This document shows positions 10,996-22,359 of a stretch of DNA of 64,000 nucleotides, piece after piece. The position numbers were made by a program, and so were the translations under genes. The notes beneath the pieces are model-generated. The model had not been told where the DNA came from. It ran no database searches and worked only from the letters and a program-made list of their open reading frames with translations. The number at the start of each line of letters is the position of its first letter. Position 1 is the first letter of the stretch. This DNA is from Camelus dromedarius (Eukaryota), in NCBI RefSeq assembly GCF_036321535.1, contig NC_087453.1:15004001-15068000 (forward strand), given 5' to 3'.

Positions 10996-12354
10996 AGAAT
11001 GGCATATGAAATCTCTCTTTTTTCCCTTGCAAAGAGGTTCAAAGCCTTCATGTCTGTAAGACCACTCATGGCCCGCCCATGCATGGACCGGACAGGCTCT
11101 AGGCGGCAAACTCCCCCACTAAATACTGCGGCATTTCTTCCAATATTGAGCCTTGCCCCACTGGTCCTGCCCAGGAGCCACGTGGAGGCACAGGGGGACA
11201 CGTGAAGGGTATTTGCTCATAGGATGAAGGCCTCAAGTTTTGTGCCCCTTCTCACAGTGAACCCAGATTCCTGTTGGGTGTGTTGTAAACAGGGGAGACA
11301 TTTCTTCAGGCCCCCTGCTCTGAGCACACCTCAACTAGTATATTTTAAATGTCAAGTTTCTCTATTTACCCACATGTATGCCCTTTCCTGTGATCTTCAT
11401 TTTGTCTTACAGATCTGTGCTCCTACCTGGAATTGTGTTTCCTTGACTTGTCTGCTGTCTTCTGCTGCCTCAGAACTTCTTCACCCTGCCAGTCTGTACC
11501 TTCTTCCCATGCACTGGTGTTTTCCCGCCAGGTGTCAAGTCACCTAATGCGGGAGACTGATGGATAAAAGGCATATCTTCAGTAGCTGCTAATCTACTAG
11601 AGAAACCTGTGCTACCAGCTGGGATGCCAAAATGTAATCCTTCTCTCTTCTTAATGATTTTCTGAGTTTTCCTTTTAGTTGATGTCATGTCCTTAAAACA
11701 GGTTCCAGTTGTTCTAAAGCATTGTGTGTGTGTGTGTGTGTGCCATCGCCACATTCCCATTCCCTCCTCCAATCTTTATACGTGTGGGTGCATCTTCTCC
11801 CAGGAAGTCCACATCTGTCCGTTGAGGAACTGATGAATAATCAACCGAAATTTGCGAAGTTATTTGGTCTCCATTTAATTTCCATCCTCTGGCAGGTCTG
11901 CATATTAATCTCTTTAGGAATGAGAATCCTGTTGCTGGGCAGGTACAAACTTTAACCAAAACTGTGTGATGGCCGAAGTAGGAATCAAAACCTACCCCTC
12001 CCTCTCCTTGCCCTCCCAGCAGAGGTTCTGGTCAGATTACTTCTTATCTTAGACTAATTTGATATGCCTTTGGTTTTCTGTGGTTTCATTATAGATTTAT
12101 TTTTATTTATCCTGATTTGAATTTATTTGGCTTCTTCAACCTATGACTTGATGTCTTTAATAAGTTCTAGAAAATTCTCAGATGTTATCATCCTTCCATA
12201 TATTGCTTCTGTCTCATTCTCTCTCTTTTCTCTTCCTGGGACTCTAATGAAAATGTATGTTAAACCTCACTGTATCTTCTATGTCTCTTACCTTCTATAT
12301 TGTTTATCTCTTTGTCTCTCCGTATTTCATTCTGGATGATTTCTTCTTACCTAT

Positions 12355-12680
12355 AATGCTGATGAACATTTGCATTGCTTCTACCTTTGGGCTATTGTGA
12401 ATCATGCTGCTGTAAAGACAGTTGTACAAATGTCTGAGGTCCTGCTTTCAGTTCTTTGGGGTATATACTCAGGTGGAATTTCTGGATCATGGGGTAAGTC
12501 TATGTTTAATTTTTGGAGGAACCATTATCCTGTTTTCCACAGCAGCTGCGCTATTTGACATTCTCACCACTAGTGCACGAGGGTTTCTAGTTTCTACTCC
12601 AACACTTACTTCCTTTTTTTCTTTTCTTGTTTGTATAATAACCATTCTAATGGCTGTGAAGTGATATCTCATGATTTTGA
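12355..12680 (-). mobile_element. L1MB-type ORF2 3' fragment
   Basis: ctgatgaacatttg...tgtgaatcatgctgctg...ctggatcatgggg...aaccattctaatggctgtgaagtgatatctc. Confidence 0.8.
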
Positions 12681-13299
12681 TTTTCTAAGTTTGGCTTTTA
12701 TTTCCTTGACTGTAGTAACCTTGGTTGGTTTTGGTTTGTGCTGGATAATGTCCTGTATTTGGTGTCCCCATGAGCCTGTTTCTTTGTTGCCTTACTTGTG
12801 TTCTCTCATGATGTCTTATCTCTGTATAGGTCTGGCTATATTTGATTGTGCATTAGGCATGGTAGTGCAATTGAAAAAAAATTGCTTGTAGAAGCAAATT
12901 TAAGGTTAGAATGATGTACACAATACATATTTGTTGGGAAAGAGAGTGGTGGGTGGGTACAGACAGTGCCTTGAGCTGGGAGGGATTTATGGGCACTCAA
13001 GCTCATCTCTGGTCTAGCAGCATATTTGGAAACAAGATGTGACTCCAGGCCTCACCCCATGATAGGGCTAAGGGTCCTGCCCTCCATACCTGGGCTGGAC
13101 TGACAGCAGAAGCCCAGTTGTGAAGACTGGTGGAAGACAGGCACTGACATCAGGCCTCACCATTGTCATTTTCTTATAGTGTTCTCTTGAGGATGAAGTC
13201 ATGACTTTTATAAACTACTGTTACAAACACAGTTGGACTCACCCTGCTCCCACCTACACACACACGAGTTCCTCTTTAATCCCAGGAACATGTCTAATT

Positions 13300-13860
13300 G
13301 GCAGTAGAGGCCACTCAGGAGGCAGAAACCACATCAGTAATTGGAACAAGGAAAATTTAATATTAAGAATTATTAACAGGTGAAAAGTAGTTCGTGACTA
13401 AAAAGGCCAAAGAGAACTCCAAAGAACCTAGTAGACATAGGGAAGACATAGGGAGCAGCTACTCTCTCTAGGGCTGAGACCCAGTACCCTAGGAGAGAAC
13501 ACACTTGCAAGAGTCTCTCCCCCAATCCAAGGCTGAGATGTAGACCTTGGAGAGGGCAGAAAGTCAGCTCACGGGATGGCTGAGAGGTTTGCTGAGTTGC
13601 CACAGGCAACTGGTCAGGAACTGGCCATGTGGGTGGCAGAAAAACTCACCGGTGGGTGAGCACTGCTAGGTTTCCCATAGACCATCTTACGTGCTGTAGG
13701 AGCAAGAAGAACAGACTGGGAATCAGAAAGGTTCTGAATCAGAAAGCCCCTTGTGCGTCTGTGCCTTGCAGGAACCCTCCAGCACTGTCCACTGGCGAAG
13801 CCTAACACTGTGCTCCTGGCAGCAGAGAAATGTCCAAAGGTCTTCAAAGCAAGGCAAGGA
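13300..13860 (-). mobile_element. Old ERVL-class solo LTR (subfamily uncertain)
   Basis: caggaggcagaaaccacatcagtaattggaacaaggaaaatttaatattaagaatt resembles recalled ERVL LTR ends. Confidence 0.45.
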
Positions 13861-13929
13861 ATTTAGAGCAGAGAGTCAATAAGTTGGCACAACTGGATTC
13901 AGAACTTTTCTTAAAAAGCCTGATAGAAC

Positions 13930-14110
13930 TTCCTCTTTAACTTCTGAGTGCTTTTCATGCATGTGACACCATATTAATAGCGGCATGTAGATTAACTCAT
14001 TCAATTTTCATAACATTAGAAGTTTAAGCTACTCAGCCTCATGCAGCAAGTAAGTGGGGGAGACCAGCTTAAAACCCAGGAGTTCTGGATTTAAATCCTA
14101 CTTACTTACA
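13930..14110 (-). mobile_element. MIR fragment
   Basis: taactcattcaattttcataac...gtaagtggggga...taaaacccaggagttctgg. Confidence 0.55.
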
Positions 14111-14464
14111 CACTATATTAAACTAACTGCCTCCTGGGTTCCTTCATTGCAGACTTTATAAAGGCAACATAAAGATTAGTGGGGAGTGAGAGAACCCTCT
14201 CTATGAAATGAACTATTGATTAGGCCAAGGGGTCTGTCACTCTCCTGGTCCTCGAGGATTCTTCCCCTTCGAATCCTTGGTTCACAGCCAGTCCCAGCTA
14301 TTCCCTCTGTGCATTGTGATCACCTCATTCTTGACAAGGGGCTGGCACATAAATCACGTAGAATTTTTCACCTTCCCTTCCTGCAGTTGTTCAATGCTCA
14401 GACTCTTTCCCACCTGGGATTCTATGGTGCTGGCTACTGCTCAGAGCTGTGCGGTGAATGTGGC

Positions 14465-15350
14465 AGAACAGCCACAGTTGGGATCCTTTTGGTTTCAAGT
14501 AATTGAAAATCCAACTCAAGTTAGAATCAGCAATAAAGGGAATGTATTGATTTATGTGACTTGATTGGTAGATGGGATTCAGGTAAGCCCTGATTGGCAC
14601 TCCAACTCGGTTTCTCTTCAGTTCTTTCCACTTTTCCCTATTCCATGTGTTGGCTTCATCTTTAGGTTGGCTCTTCTCTTTGTCCCAGAATAGCTGCCAG
14701 CTGCAAATGGTGCCTCACTGTCATCCAGGGAGGCAGTGAAGGTTGTATCTAATTATTGTGAAGAGCTAAATATTGGGTACAGATATATGTAGGCCTGGGT
14801 AATAGGTCCATCCCTGAAGCAATCAATCCAAGGCCTATGAGATTACTTCAGTTGACTTACGGAAGTCAGTTGAATTGAGGATCCACATTCACATGTGGGA
14901 GATGGGGTCCATCCCACCCAAACTACCTCAGTGCTGTACATTGGGGAGTGGGCTAGACCAGATGTTAGAAAGATACATCTGTCAGGATAGGCTAAGTTTT
15001 GCTCTGGTAATAAACAAGCCCCAATCTTGTTTTTATATCAGCAAAGATTGATTTCTTGCTCATACTGTATAACCATGGTGGGTCACAGTCTATGTTTTCT
15101 CAGCCTCGGACCCACACTGTGGGAGGTATCACCACCTCAAGCATTGTCTATTGCTGTTGCTGAAGGAAAGAGAGAAGATTGCCTACTAGCCCTTAAAGTT
15201 CGGGGCTGGAAATTATCTGCTTCTACTCTCTTTATTGACCAAAGCAAGCCATGTGGCCTCTCCCGACTCCAAGCTGTAAGGAAGTACAATCCTGTGTCTG
15301 GGAAGCAAACCAGAAGTATCTGTTGGCTTAGTATTAATGTCAACTACCAC
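14465..15350 (-). mobile_element. Two adjacent old MLT1 (J/K/L-like) LTR remnants (~14465-14960 and ~14980-15350)
   Basis: ttggtttcaagtaattgaaaatccaactcaa...aaagggaatgtattg and ctgtcaggataggctaagttttgctctggtaataaacaagcccc are reverse MLT1 3' ends. Confidence 0.55.
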
Positions 15351-16254
15351 AGAGGGCTTATGGAGACCACCGCAGTTTTTATCCACTTTTTCTTGGGGAA
15401 AAAAAACAACTTCTTGTTTTGATTGCTACATTAAAAAAAAGAGGCCTCCCTCCTGCGCAGAAATCAGGAATTCAATCATCATTCCCTGTGTCACTATGAA
15501 ATATCTCCCATGTGTTTTACCGTTAAGTGGGATCAATGGTTCTATGAGGGACTTCTATTAAGATATCTCCTCAACTCAAAACAATTCCCTTTTTGGTGGT
15601 CTTGATCCACAGAGGTGGGTTCCTGGTGAACTACACGACCTGTAAGCCGGCGTTGACTGTTCTAGCGGAGGGGGACATCTGACTCAAGTTGGGTCAGTTC
15701 GGGCTTCTTCTCTGGGGTTTTGGAATTGGAATGATGAGGGAGTTTTTGTCTCTTCCTGGGGTAACTGGAATTATATCATGTACTTGGGAGTGGTTGGGAG
15801 ATATATTTCCCATTAGAAGCAGAGAAAACAAGTTTGTAGAGAGAGTCTTACTGACCATCCATAAGTCCATCCACCCTCACCCCCCTGAAAAAAAAAAAAA
15901 AAAAGCCTTAAGATAAATTTCCCTCTTATTTTTCTTAAACTGGGCTGATGGGTTACTGGTACTTGCAGCCAGAAAACTCCTGATACATGTCCTTTGCTGC
16001 TGGAACCTGACACAAAAAGCTACAGGTGTAGCCCAATGCAGTTAAATAGAGGTCAGGTTGTAATTGTTGCATCAACTATACTTTCGGCAGTTTCTTTTCT
16101 GCTTGAGAAAGCTCGTTAGATGTGAGTGTAGGTGACATTATTACATGGCTCACCTGGAATTGGCTTGAAGTCTTTTTTAAAGGAAAATGATTTGCCTCCC
16201 TGGGTAAGTATTATTTGCCCTGTACCTCCCAACACTGGTAATAAGTGCATGTTG

Positions 16255-16555
16255 TTTTCTCTGCTTGGAGTCCTTTCCTCATCAACTTGTTAGACCCAGC
16301 CCCAATGTCACCTCCTCTGGGAAGCCTTTCCACACCCTCCTATACAGTATTAATGATGTCCTTCTCTCTGCTTCTCAAAGACATTGGCACATACATCACG
16401 TGTTACATATTTTCTTCCAGAAGTGTTTCTTTACCTGTCTGGCTCCTCTGAAATCCTGAGTTCCTCAGTGGTTGGGAGAGTACCTTGTTTATCTCTGTGT
16501 CCCACAGTGCTGGACTAGAATAGATCCTTGAAAGTTTGTTGAGTAAATGAAGTTA
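16255..16555 (+). mobile_element. L2 3' end
   Basis: aatgtcacctcctctgggaagcctttcc...taccttgtttatctctgtgtcccacagtgc...aaagtttgttgagtaaatgaa. Confidence 0.75.
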
Positions 16556-16579
16556 AGTTGGAGCAATATATCCCATATA

Positions 16580-16798
16580 CAGCTATCCCTCAGTATGCAC
16601 AGAGGTGGTTGGTTCTGGGATCCACTGTGAGTACCAAAATCCATGGATGCTCAAGTCCCATTGTTGGCCTTCTGTACCCCAGGTTCTGCAGCCTCGGATT
16701 CAGCCAACCACAGATTGTGTACTACTGTAGTCTCTTCATGGAAAAAAAAAATCTGTGACCTGCACAGTTCAAACCCATTTTTGTTCAAGGGTCAACTG
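16580..16798. mobile_element. TcMar-Tigger MITE (MER2/Tigger2-type) with TA target duplication
   Basis: TA|CAGCTATCCCTCAGTAT...accaaaatccatggatgctcaagtccc...TTGTTCAAGGGTCAACTG|TA. Confidence 0.8.
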
Positions 16799-16856
16799 TA
16801 TGTATGTATATATATGTATATACACATATATACATATATATACATATACATACACA
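16799..16856. repeat. (TA)/(TG)/(CA) compound microsatellite, near-palindromic
   Basis: tatgtatgtatatatatgtatat...atatacatatatatacatatacatac. Confidence 0.85.
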
Positions 16857-16857
16857 C

Positions 16858-17745
16858 TCTTATTTATTCAAGAAATATTGATTGAATACCTAAGCATGTC
16901 AGGCCATGTTCCAGATGCTGCAGATAAGTAACACAAAGTCCCTGCTCTCAGAACATTACAGGTGTTATTCAGGTCATAAGGCTGTGAGGAAAAGTAAAGC
17001 AAGATGCTGGGAGAGAGAGTGAAGGGGCTTGGGACTTGATGTTTTACTAAAGTGTTCTGGGAAAGTCTTTCTGGGGAGATGACATTTGAGTAGGAATTTG
17101 GATTAAGGGCACATGCCTTTCTGACATCTTGGGGGAAGAAACATCAAGTGCAGAGGTCCTGAGGTAGGATTGAGCCTGCATGTTCCAAGGGCAGGAAGGA
17201 GGCTACTGTGGCTGGAAAGGAGAGAGGGGTTGGAGTGGATGAAGAAGCAGTTAGAGAGATGGGAGAGTGTAAAGGGGCCAGGGGGAGATTACATGGGATC
17301 TTGGAGAAATATTGAAAAAACATCGAACCCTTGAAAAAACGTTTTGGTTTTTGCTCTGAGTGAGATGGTGAGATGGGAAGCCACTGGAGGCTTTAGAGAA
17401 GGAGAGAAATAGGTTTTGACTTAGATTTTAACAGAATCTCTGGCTGCTTGAGAACAAGCTCTATAAAAGCAGAGTGGAATCAGGGAGAGAAATGTGGAAG
17501 TTAACGAAATATTCCAGGACAGAGAAGATGAGGTCTGAAATGAGGGTATTTTAAAGGTAGAGCTGCCAGATTTTGCTACTGGATAACATGTGGGATATGA
17601 TAGGAAGAGAAGACTCAAGGATGGCTTCAAAGTTTGGGCCAAGCCACCAGAAGGATGGAATTGACCTTGTCTGAGGTGGAGAAGACTGTGAAAGGAGCAG
17701 GTAGAGGGGCAAGTCCCACAGTTTGATGTATTGCTCAGCACTTAT
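16858..17745 (-). mobile_element. L2 LINE, ~0.9 kb
   Basis: tcatttattcaagaaatattgattgaatacc...gatgacatttgag...gggaagccactggagg...aaggatggcttcaaagtttggg. Confidence 0.85.
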
Positions 17746-17814
17746 GTATATGTTCGCTGCTTTTCAGGATCTGAAGGTTATAATGCAACCTGAACAGGTC
17801 AGGTTTGTCTATTG

Positions 17815-18005
17815 AACACCAGGCACTGTGCAGAAAGCAGCATGTGTGCTGTCATTTAATCTTTTCACTCATTCCTATTGGCTTAATTACTGGTATTTTC
17901 ATTGATTTTTATGGATGAGAGATTGAATAGCATGTCCAGAGTCACTCAGCCAATCATTAATCTGCCAGTTTAATGCAGATCTGATATTCCAACCCAGGTA
18001 TGTCA
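17815..18005 (-). mobile_element. MIR
   Basis: aggcactgtgc...catttaatcttttcac...tttatggatgagagattga...attccaacccaggtatgtcagact. Confidence 0.7.
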
Positions 18006-18499
18006 GACTGGAGAGCTCTTGCTGTTTATTAATCACTAGATTCTAAAGGTGGGGACCACTTTCTGAGCATATTTGCTACAACCTGGGCTCCATAACAGAA
18101 AAGGTGCCTGGAACGTGTGACAAAAACTCAGAAAAGGCCCCACCCTTATCCTAGGCGTTACAGGTTGCATAATAGAAGCTGTGATAAAAGAGCAGCATTA
18201 TTGTACCTGACGGGGGCAACTAATGCTTGAAAGTTCTCAAATACCTGAAGACTTCATGTTATGAAAGCAGTTATCAGAAGTTGTTAAGAAACAGAAGTGA
18301 AAAAACTGCAGTGAAGTATTGGTAGGATAAAAGAAAACCAACTCCCAGGCGGTGCTTGTTGGGAAACAGTGTTGGGAAACATTGGACTGGGAGGAGAGGG
18401 GCCAGGCGGGGGCCAGGGGCCCTGTCCTGCCTACATCCTTCTGAAAGTGCACGCTGGTGTGGCCTTCCTTAGGTGGTCCTCTAGAAAGACCAGGATACG

Positions 18500-18613
18500 G
18501 AGTACAAAAGCCGGGAACCTACGGGGCCGCAGCATCCGCCCCCTGTCTCCTTCCCCGCCCCCTTGAGCCTCCACACGGGGAAAAGCGGGACCAGCGCCGC
18601 GCATGCGCCCGAG
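18500..18613 (+). other. Candidate alternative upstream first exon (5' end unknown)
   Basis: Consensus-like donor CCGAG|GTAAGG at 18613/18614 inside the CpG island. Confidence 0.35.
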
Positions 18614-18720
18614 GTAAGGTCCGATCCCCGCGACGTCAGGGGGCTTGCGCCGGCACGAAAGCCCCGCCCCCTGGGCGCCAGAGGCGACCTGGGCGGGGGG
18701 CCTCGGGCCACGCCCCCAGC
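18550..18720 (+). promoter_or_regulatory. Core promoter motifs: NRF1 palindrome GCGCATGCGC (18599-18608), CRE-like GACGTCA (~18632-18638), several Sp/KLF GC boxes
   Basis: Motifs read directly, e.g. ccccgccccc near 18553 and 18662, gggcggggg near 18691, gccacgccccc near 18707. Confidence 0.7.
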
Positions 18721-18739
18721 CGAGCCGAGAGGGGCCGAG

Positions 18740-18964
18740 CGGAACCGAGCGCCTCCGAGCGCAGCCGAGCCCAGCCGAGCGGCCGGGAGTCGGTTGGTGC
18801 AGCTGCGTCCCCGCCGCCGAGCAGTCCGCGGCTCCGGCGTCGCCGCCGCCGCCGCCTCCGTGGGGCCTGCGCCGGCCGCCTGGCCGCCGGGAGGGAGCCC
18901 TGGAGCACGGGGAGAGCGGCCCGGTCGCGGGCGCCGCCGCTGCCGCCGCTGCCGCCGCTGCCAG
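18740..18964 (+). other. ZHX3: Non-coding exon 1 (5'UTR) of the plus-strand gene, probably ZHX3; start approximate
   Basis: ATG-free GC-rich segment ending in donor CCAG|GTGAGC. The short exon 1, tens-of-kb intron 1, ~95-nt non-coding exon 2 and divergent neighbour ~16 kb away fit ZHX3 as recalled; not aligned. Confidence 0.7.
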
Positions 18965-20849
18965 GTGAGCGCCCGCTGCGGCCCGCCAGCCCCGTGTTCC
19001 CCCGCGACTGTCAGCCCCCGTGTGTGTGTGTGTGTCTCCGCCTGTCAGCCCACTGTGTCTGCGTGAGCTTCTTCTGCCACGCCTGGTCCCCGGCCCTGCC
19101 CGCAGTGTCCCCCACCCCCTCCCGCCCGCTGCCCCGGGTCTTTCTGTCAGCCGCCAGCACCCCCTTGCTGGGAGGCTCCGCCCCTTCCCCCCGAAGCGCC
19201 GCCCTCCGCCCCATCTGTCATCACCCCCCCCCCACCCCGCCGGCTCCGGCGCCCTGGAGGCGTGAGGGTGCTGCACTCCCGGGGGTCTGTGTAGCCCCCG
19301 CCGGCCACACAAGGGGCTTGTGACTGGGCAGTGAGGGTGTCCGCAGATGCCCGCCGGACCGTGTGAGGGTGCGTGTCCGAGTGTGCGCCGGGTGTGAGCA
19401 CCGCGTGTGCCCCCAAGAGCCCGGAGAGGAGCGTGGGGGGCGACCTGACCGACGTGGGGCGGAGATGCCGGGCGGCTGAGAGTCACTTGCTCCAACTCCC
19501 GCGGGCCGGCGGCATCCTGCGGGGATGGGGCTGAAACCGGACTCGAGCCACTCGTGGTACCGCAGACTCCTCCATCCTGGGACCCGTGTTTGCCCATACG
19601 AAGGCAGTTAACCCGGGGCTCCTGCTTCCTGGATGCTGCGAGTGGCATGTGAGCGGAGTTTGGGGCTTGTTCAACCTTCCCAGTTTGGTATTTCCATTCG
19701 GAGAAGCCTGTCGGAAGTGATTGAGGAGTGGGTGGGATGTGGAGCTTAGGTGGAAAGTGTTTTGAGAGCTTGAGTCATTTTGAGTTGCATGGTTTGCATT
19801 TCTGAGCAGTGATTGCCCTGGGCTTGTGCCCTGTGAGAAACTGTTATGTGATGGGGGAGGGGGTGTAGAGGAGGAGAGAGGGCATACAGCTTTCTGTTTT
19901 TATCCGTGTCATGTGAACACATAGTATATTTATTCATGAGACCTCCACACATCCGCAATTTTAAAAAGGATTACAGTAGTTTCCATTTATACATGTTCTT
20001 GTATGTTGTTATCTTGATGTTCTTTATTTGCAGTAACTTCGTATTGCAATATTTCAAAACTAAGAGAAAATGCTTCCTAAAACAATTGGTGTTTTGCCGG
20101 ATAATTCTCAACCACGGGGAAAGAGCCAAAAGCGCACTTCATTAGCTGGAACAACTTATTCGGGCTTACTTTGTTTCTAAGAGACACACAGTGGAAAAAT
20201 CCAGAAGCGGCATAGTAGTAGCGAAGAGTGTTAGGAAATTAATGAAAAGGGCCCTTCTGTTGCTGCCTTGGAAAGATGGTATCAAAGTTGCTGCAGAGGA
20301 CAGATCTACTATGTAATCACAAACATATTAACCAAGTTGGTTTTGTGACCTTGATACAATGAGTCTGCGCTTGATTTGGGCTTTGCTGGTAACAGGAAAA
20401 CGTTTCATGGGAAGCAGGGTAATTTGGGGAGAAAATGATCCCCATTCTTTTTTGGTCATATTTAAGGAAGATTTCAGACTAGGGCAGTCTCACGGCAGTC
20501 TCAGACTAGGAAAGAGTGGTTTTTCTTTCCTACGATAATATCAAAAATTACAAAAGTAATTTCATGTTTTAAGGCAAAAAAGTAGGGGAAAAAAAAACTA
20601 AGAAAGGCATAAGAAAATACCCACAATTCCACAAACCATAGTAAATCATAGTTTGGTATTTAGTTCGCATATGTATTTTTTCTTCCAGAAATGCTACCTA
20701 CCATTCTGTAAGATTGTTTTGTTGTCTGCTTTTTTCACACTTATAAATAGATTATGCCTCATTTTTATGAGAATTTGTTCCTTTTATGATCGTTTTAAAG
20801 AGGAGGTTATGTATGTCCTCTGCTTAGAGTACTCAAGTAGCTACTCCTC

Positions 20850-21300
20850 CTGGAGTAAAATCTGAGGTCCTTGCTGTGGCTACTAGGCTGCCTCCCTGTC
20901 CTCACTAGCAGCGTTGCCTGACGAATTTCTGCTAGTCCTTAAAATCTTCAGGCATATGCCAGCCTCAGTGCCTTTGCATTCGCTGTTGCATCTGCCTGAA
21001 ACTCTGTTCCCTGGATACCATGGTTCTTGCCTCAGGTCTCCACTCAGAGGTACCCCCTTATAAGGCTTTTCCGTGTCCACCCTGTGTAAGATATATTCCA
21101 TCCCCCTGTCCTTCTTAACCAATCTTACTTTTCTTCATAGCACTTACTACCACTTGGTAAATACATATTTATTTGTTGGTTTATTGTGGTCTCTCCCCTC
21201 CCCCATTAATCTGGAAGTGTGAAGCTTTTTTCACTGATGTTATCTTCAGAACAGCACATAACACATTATGGGTGCTTAATCGATATTTGTTGAATGAACA
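20850..21300 (+). mobile_element. L2 3' end
   Basis: gcctcagtgcctttgcattcgctgttgc...cttcatagcacttactacc...gatatttgttgaatgaa. Confidence 0.85.
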
Positions 21301-22359
21301 AGTTTTCATTATCCATCCATTCACGTGACCTTTCTGGTAGCCTCCTAGGCTTTTAGATAACTATATCATGAAGTGAGATAACAGTCTTTTAAAAGTCAGG
21401 ATAGTCCTCTCCTTTACCTATCTGAGGAGCAGAGTTGTAGAGGGAGGCTTATGATCTTAAAAAGAATTACAGTCTTGATTTAACTTGAACAATTGAGGGA
21501 AGGAACAGTTTTAGCAAATGTTACTGACTTTCCTTCTTATACATTATCCCTTGTGTTTCACTGGAAATCTTTGAAATGTATGAAGTATCCCAGTTGTGTT
21601 TACAGCTGTGATTTCAGTTTGGTAGTTCTTAGTGATAGTATTGGCCTCAAGAGCGTAGTGAGTGAGTGTGTGTGTGTGTCAGCAGATACCCAGAGATGTA
21701 ATTACAACATGAATGCATTTTCATTTGAGGAATAGCTGTTATTGTTCCTTATTTTCCTGGCAACTCTATCCATTTGAACTCCCTGCTTATCAGTTTTTGG
21801 ATGGCCTAGCAGGTGACTTAAGTTTTGTGTGTGTGTTTTAACGTTTAAAAATAAATCTTTGATTTCTTGAGCATTTTACAACTCTCATGTGACTCTTGAA
21901 CTGTTTAAAAGTACCAGTTTCATCTTTCTGGGTGAAATGACATCTGTAGTAAAACATTATTACATTTTCATTATAAGGAAGGAAAAAATGTATATTGGGG
22001 TAGAATTTTTACAGAGAGAATATAGAGAATTTTTAAAGGCTTGAATTTCAAATAGGCATCTTTTAATTTTAGTGAGTTTTTGAAAAAAAATCCTTGCTTT
22101 TTGCTCTAAAGGAAAAGAATTCCTTTGAACACAATCCAAACCTTCAAAAACTTTGTTCTTGTGCTCCAAATATATGAGAACTTGGGAGAAAAAATCCTAA
22201 ATGAAAAATTTTATTCTCTTAGAGGCCTAAAGGGAAAGCGTTAAGAATTTATTTGTATTTGTTCCACAGGCACTTACCAAGCATGTAGTTGGGGCAGTTC
22301 TTTGTGTTTTTGTACAGGCTGTGTTATCACGTTCAGTTTTAGATTACTGATCTGATTTG

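Larger units (their letters stand above)
7770..13150 (-). mobile_element. Long fragmented old L1M (L1ME-like): ORF2 remnant ~7.8-9.6 kb, inter-ORF ~10.2-10.5 kb, ORF1/5' region ~12.05-13.15 kb, interrupted by younger inserts
   Basis: T-rich antisense L1 motifs appear in the order expected for a minus-strand L1 (e.g. tttaggtccataatccatc, atcttcccaccttg, gtttgattt...ggataaactccacttggttgtg, tctagaaaattctcag). Confidence 0.65.
18490..19650. promoter_or_regulatory. CpG island / promoter of the plus-strand gene
   Basis: About 1.15 kb of very GC- and CpG-rich sequence in an otherwise CpG-depleted background. Confidence 0.95.

Noticed and set aside
18720-18780. CRISPR-like reading of the constant-repeat/variable-spacer pattern
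   Set aside because: Repeats are 5-6 bp and spacers 4 bp, the DNA is mammalian and no cas genes are present; kept only as a phased promoter motif.
18431-19648. Long ORFs in the CpG island (405 aa minus, 288 aa plus, 167 aa plus)
   Set aside because: They are Arg/Pro/Gly/Ala-rich low-complexity products in overlapping frames on both strands, as expected when stop codons are scarce in very GC-rich DNA; they cross the exon 1 donor and show no recognisable domain.
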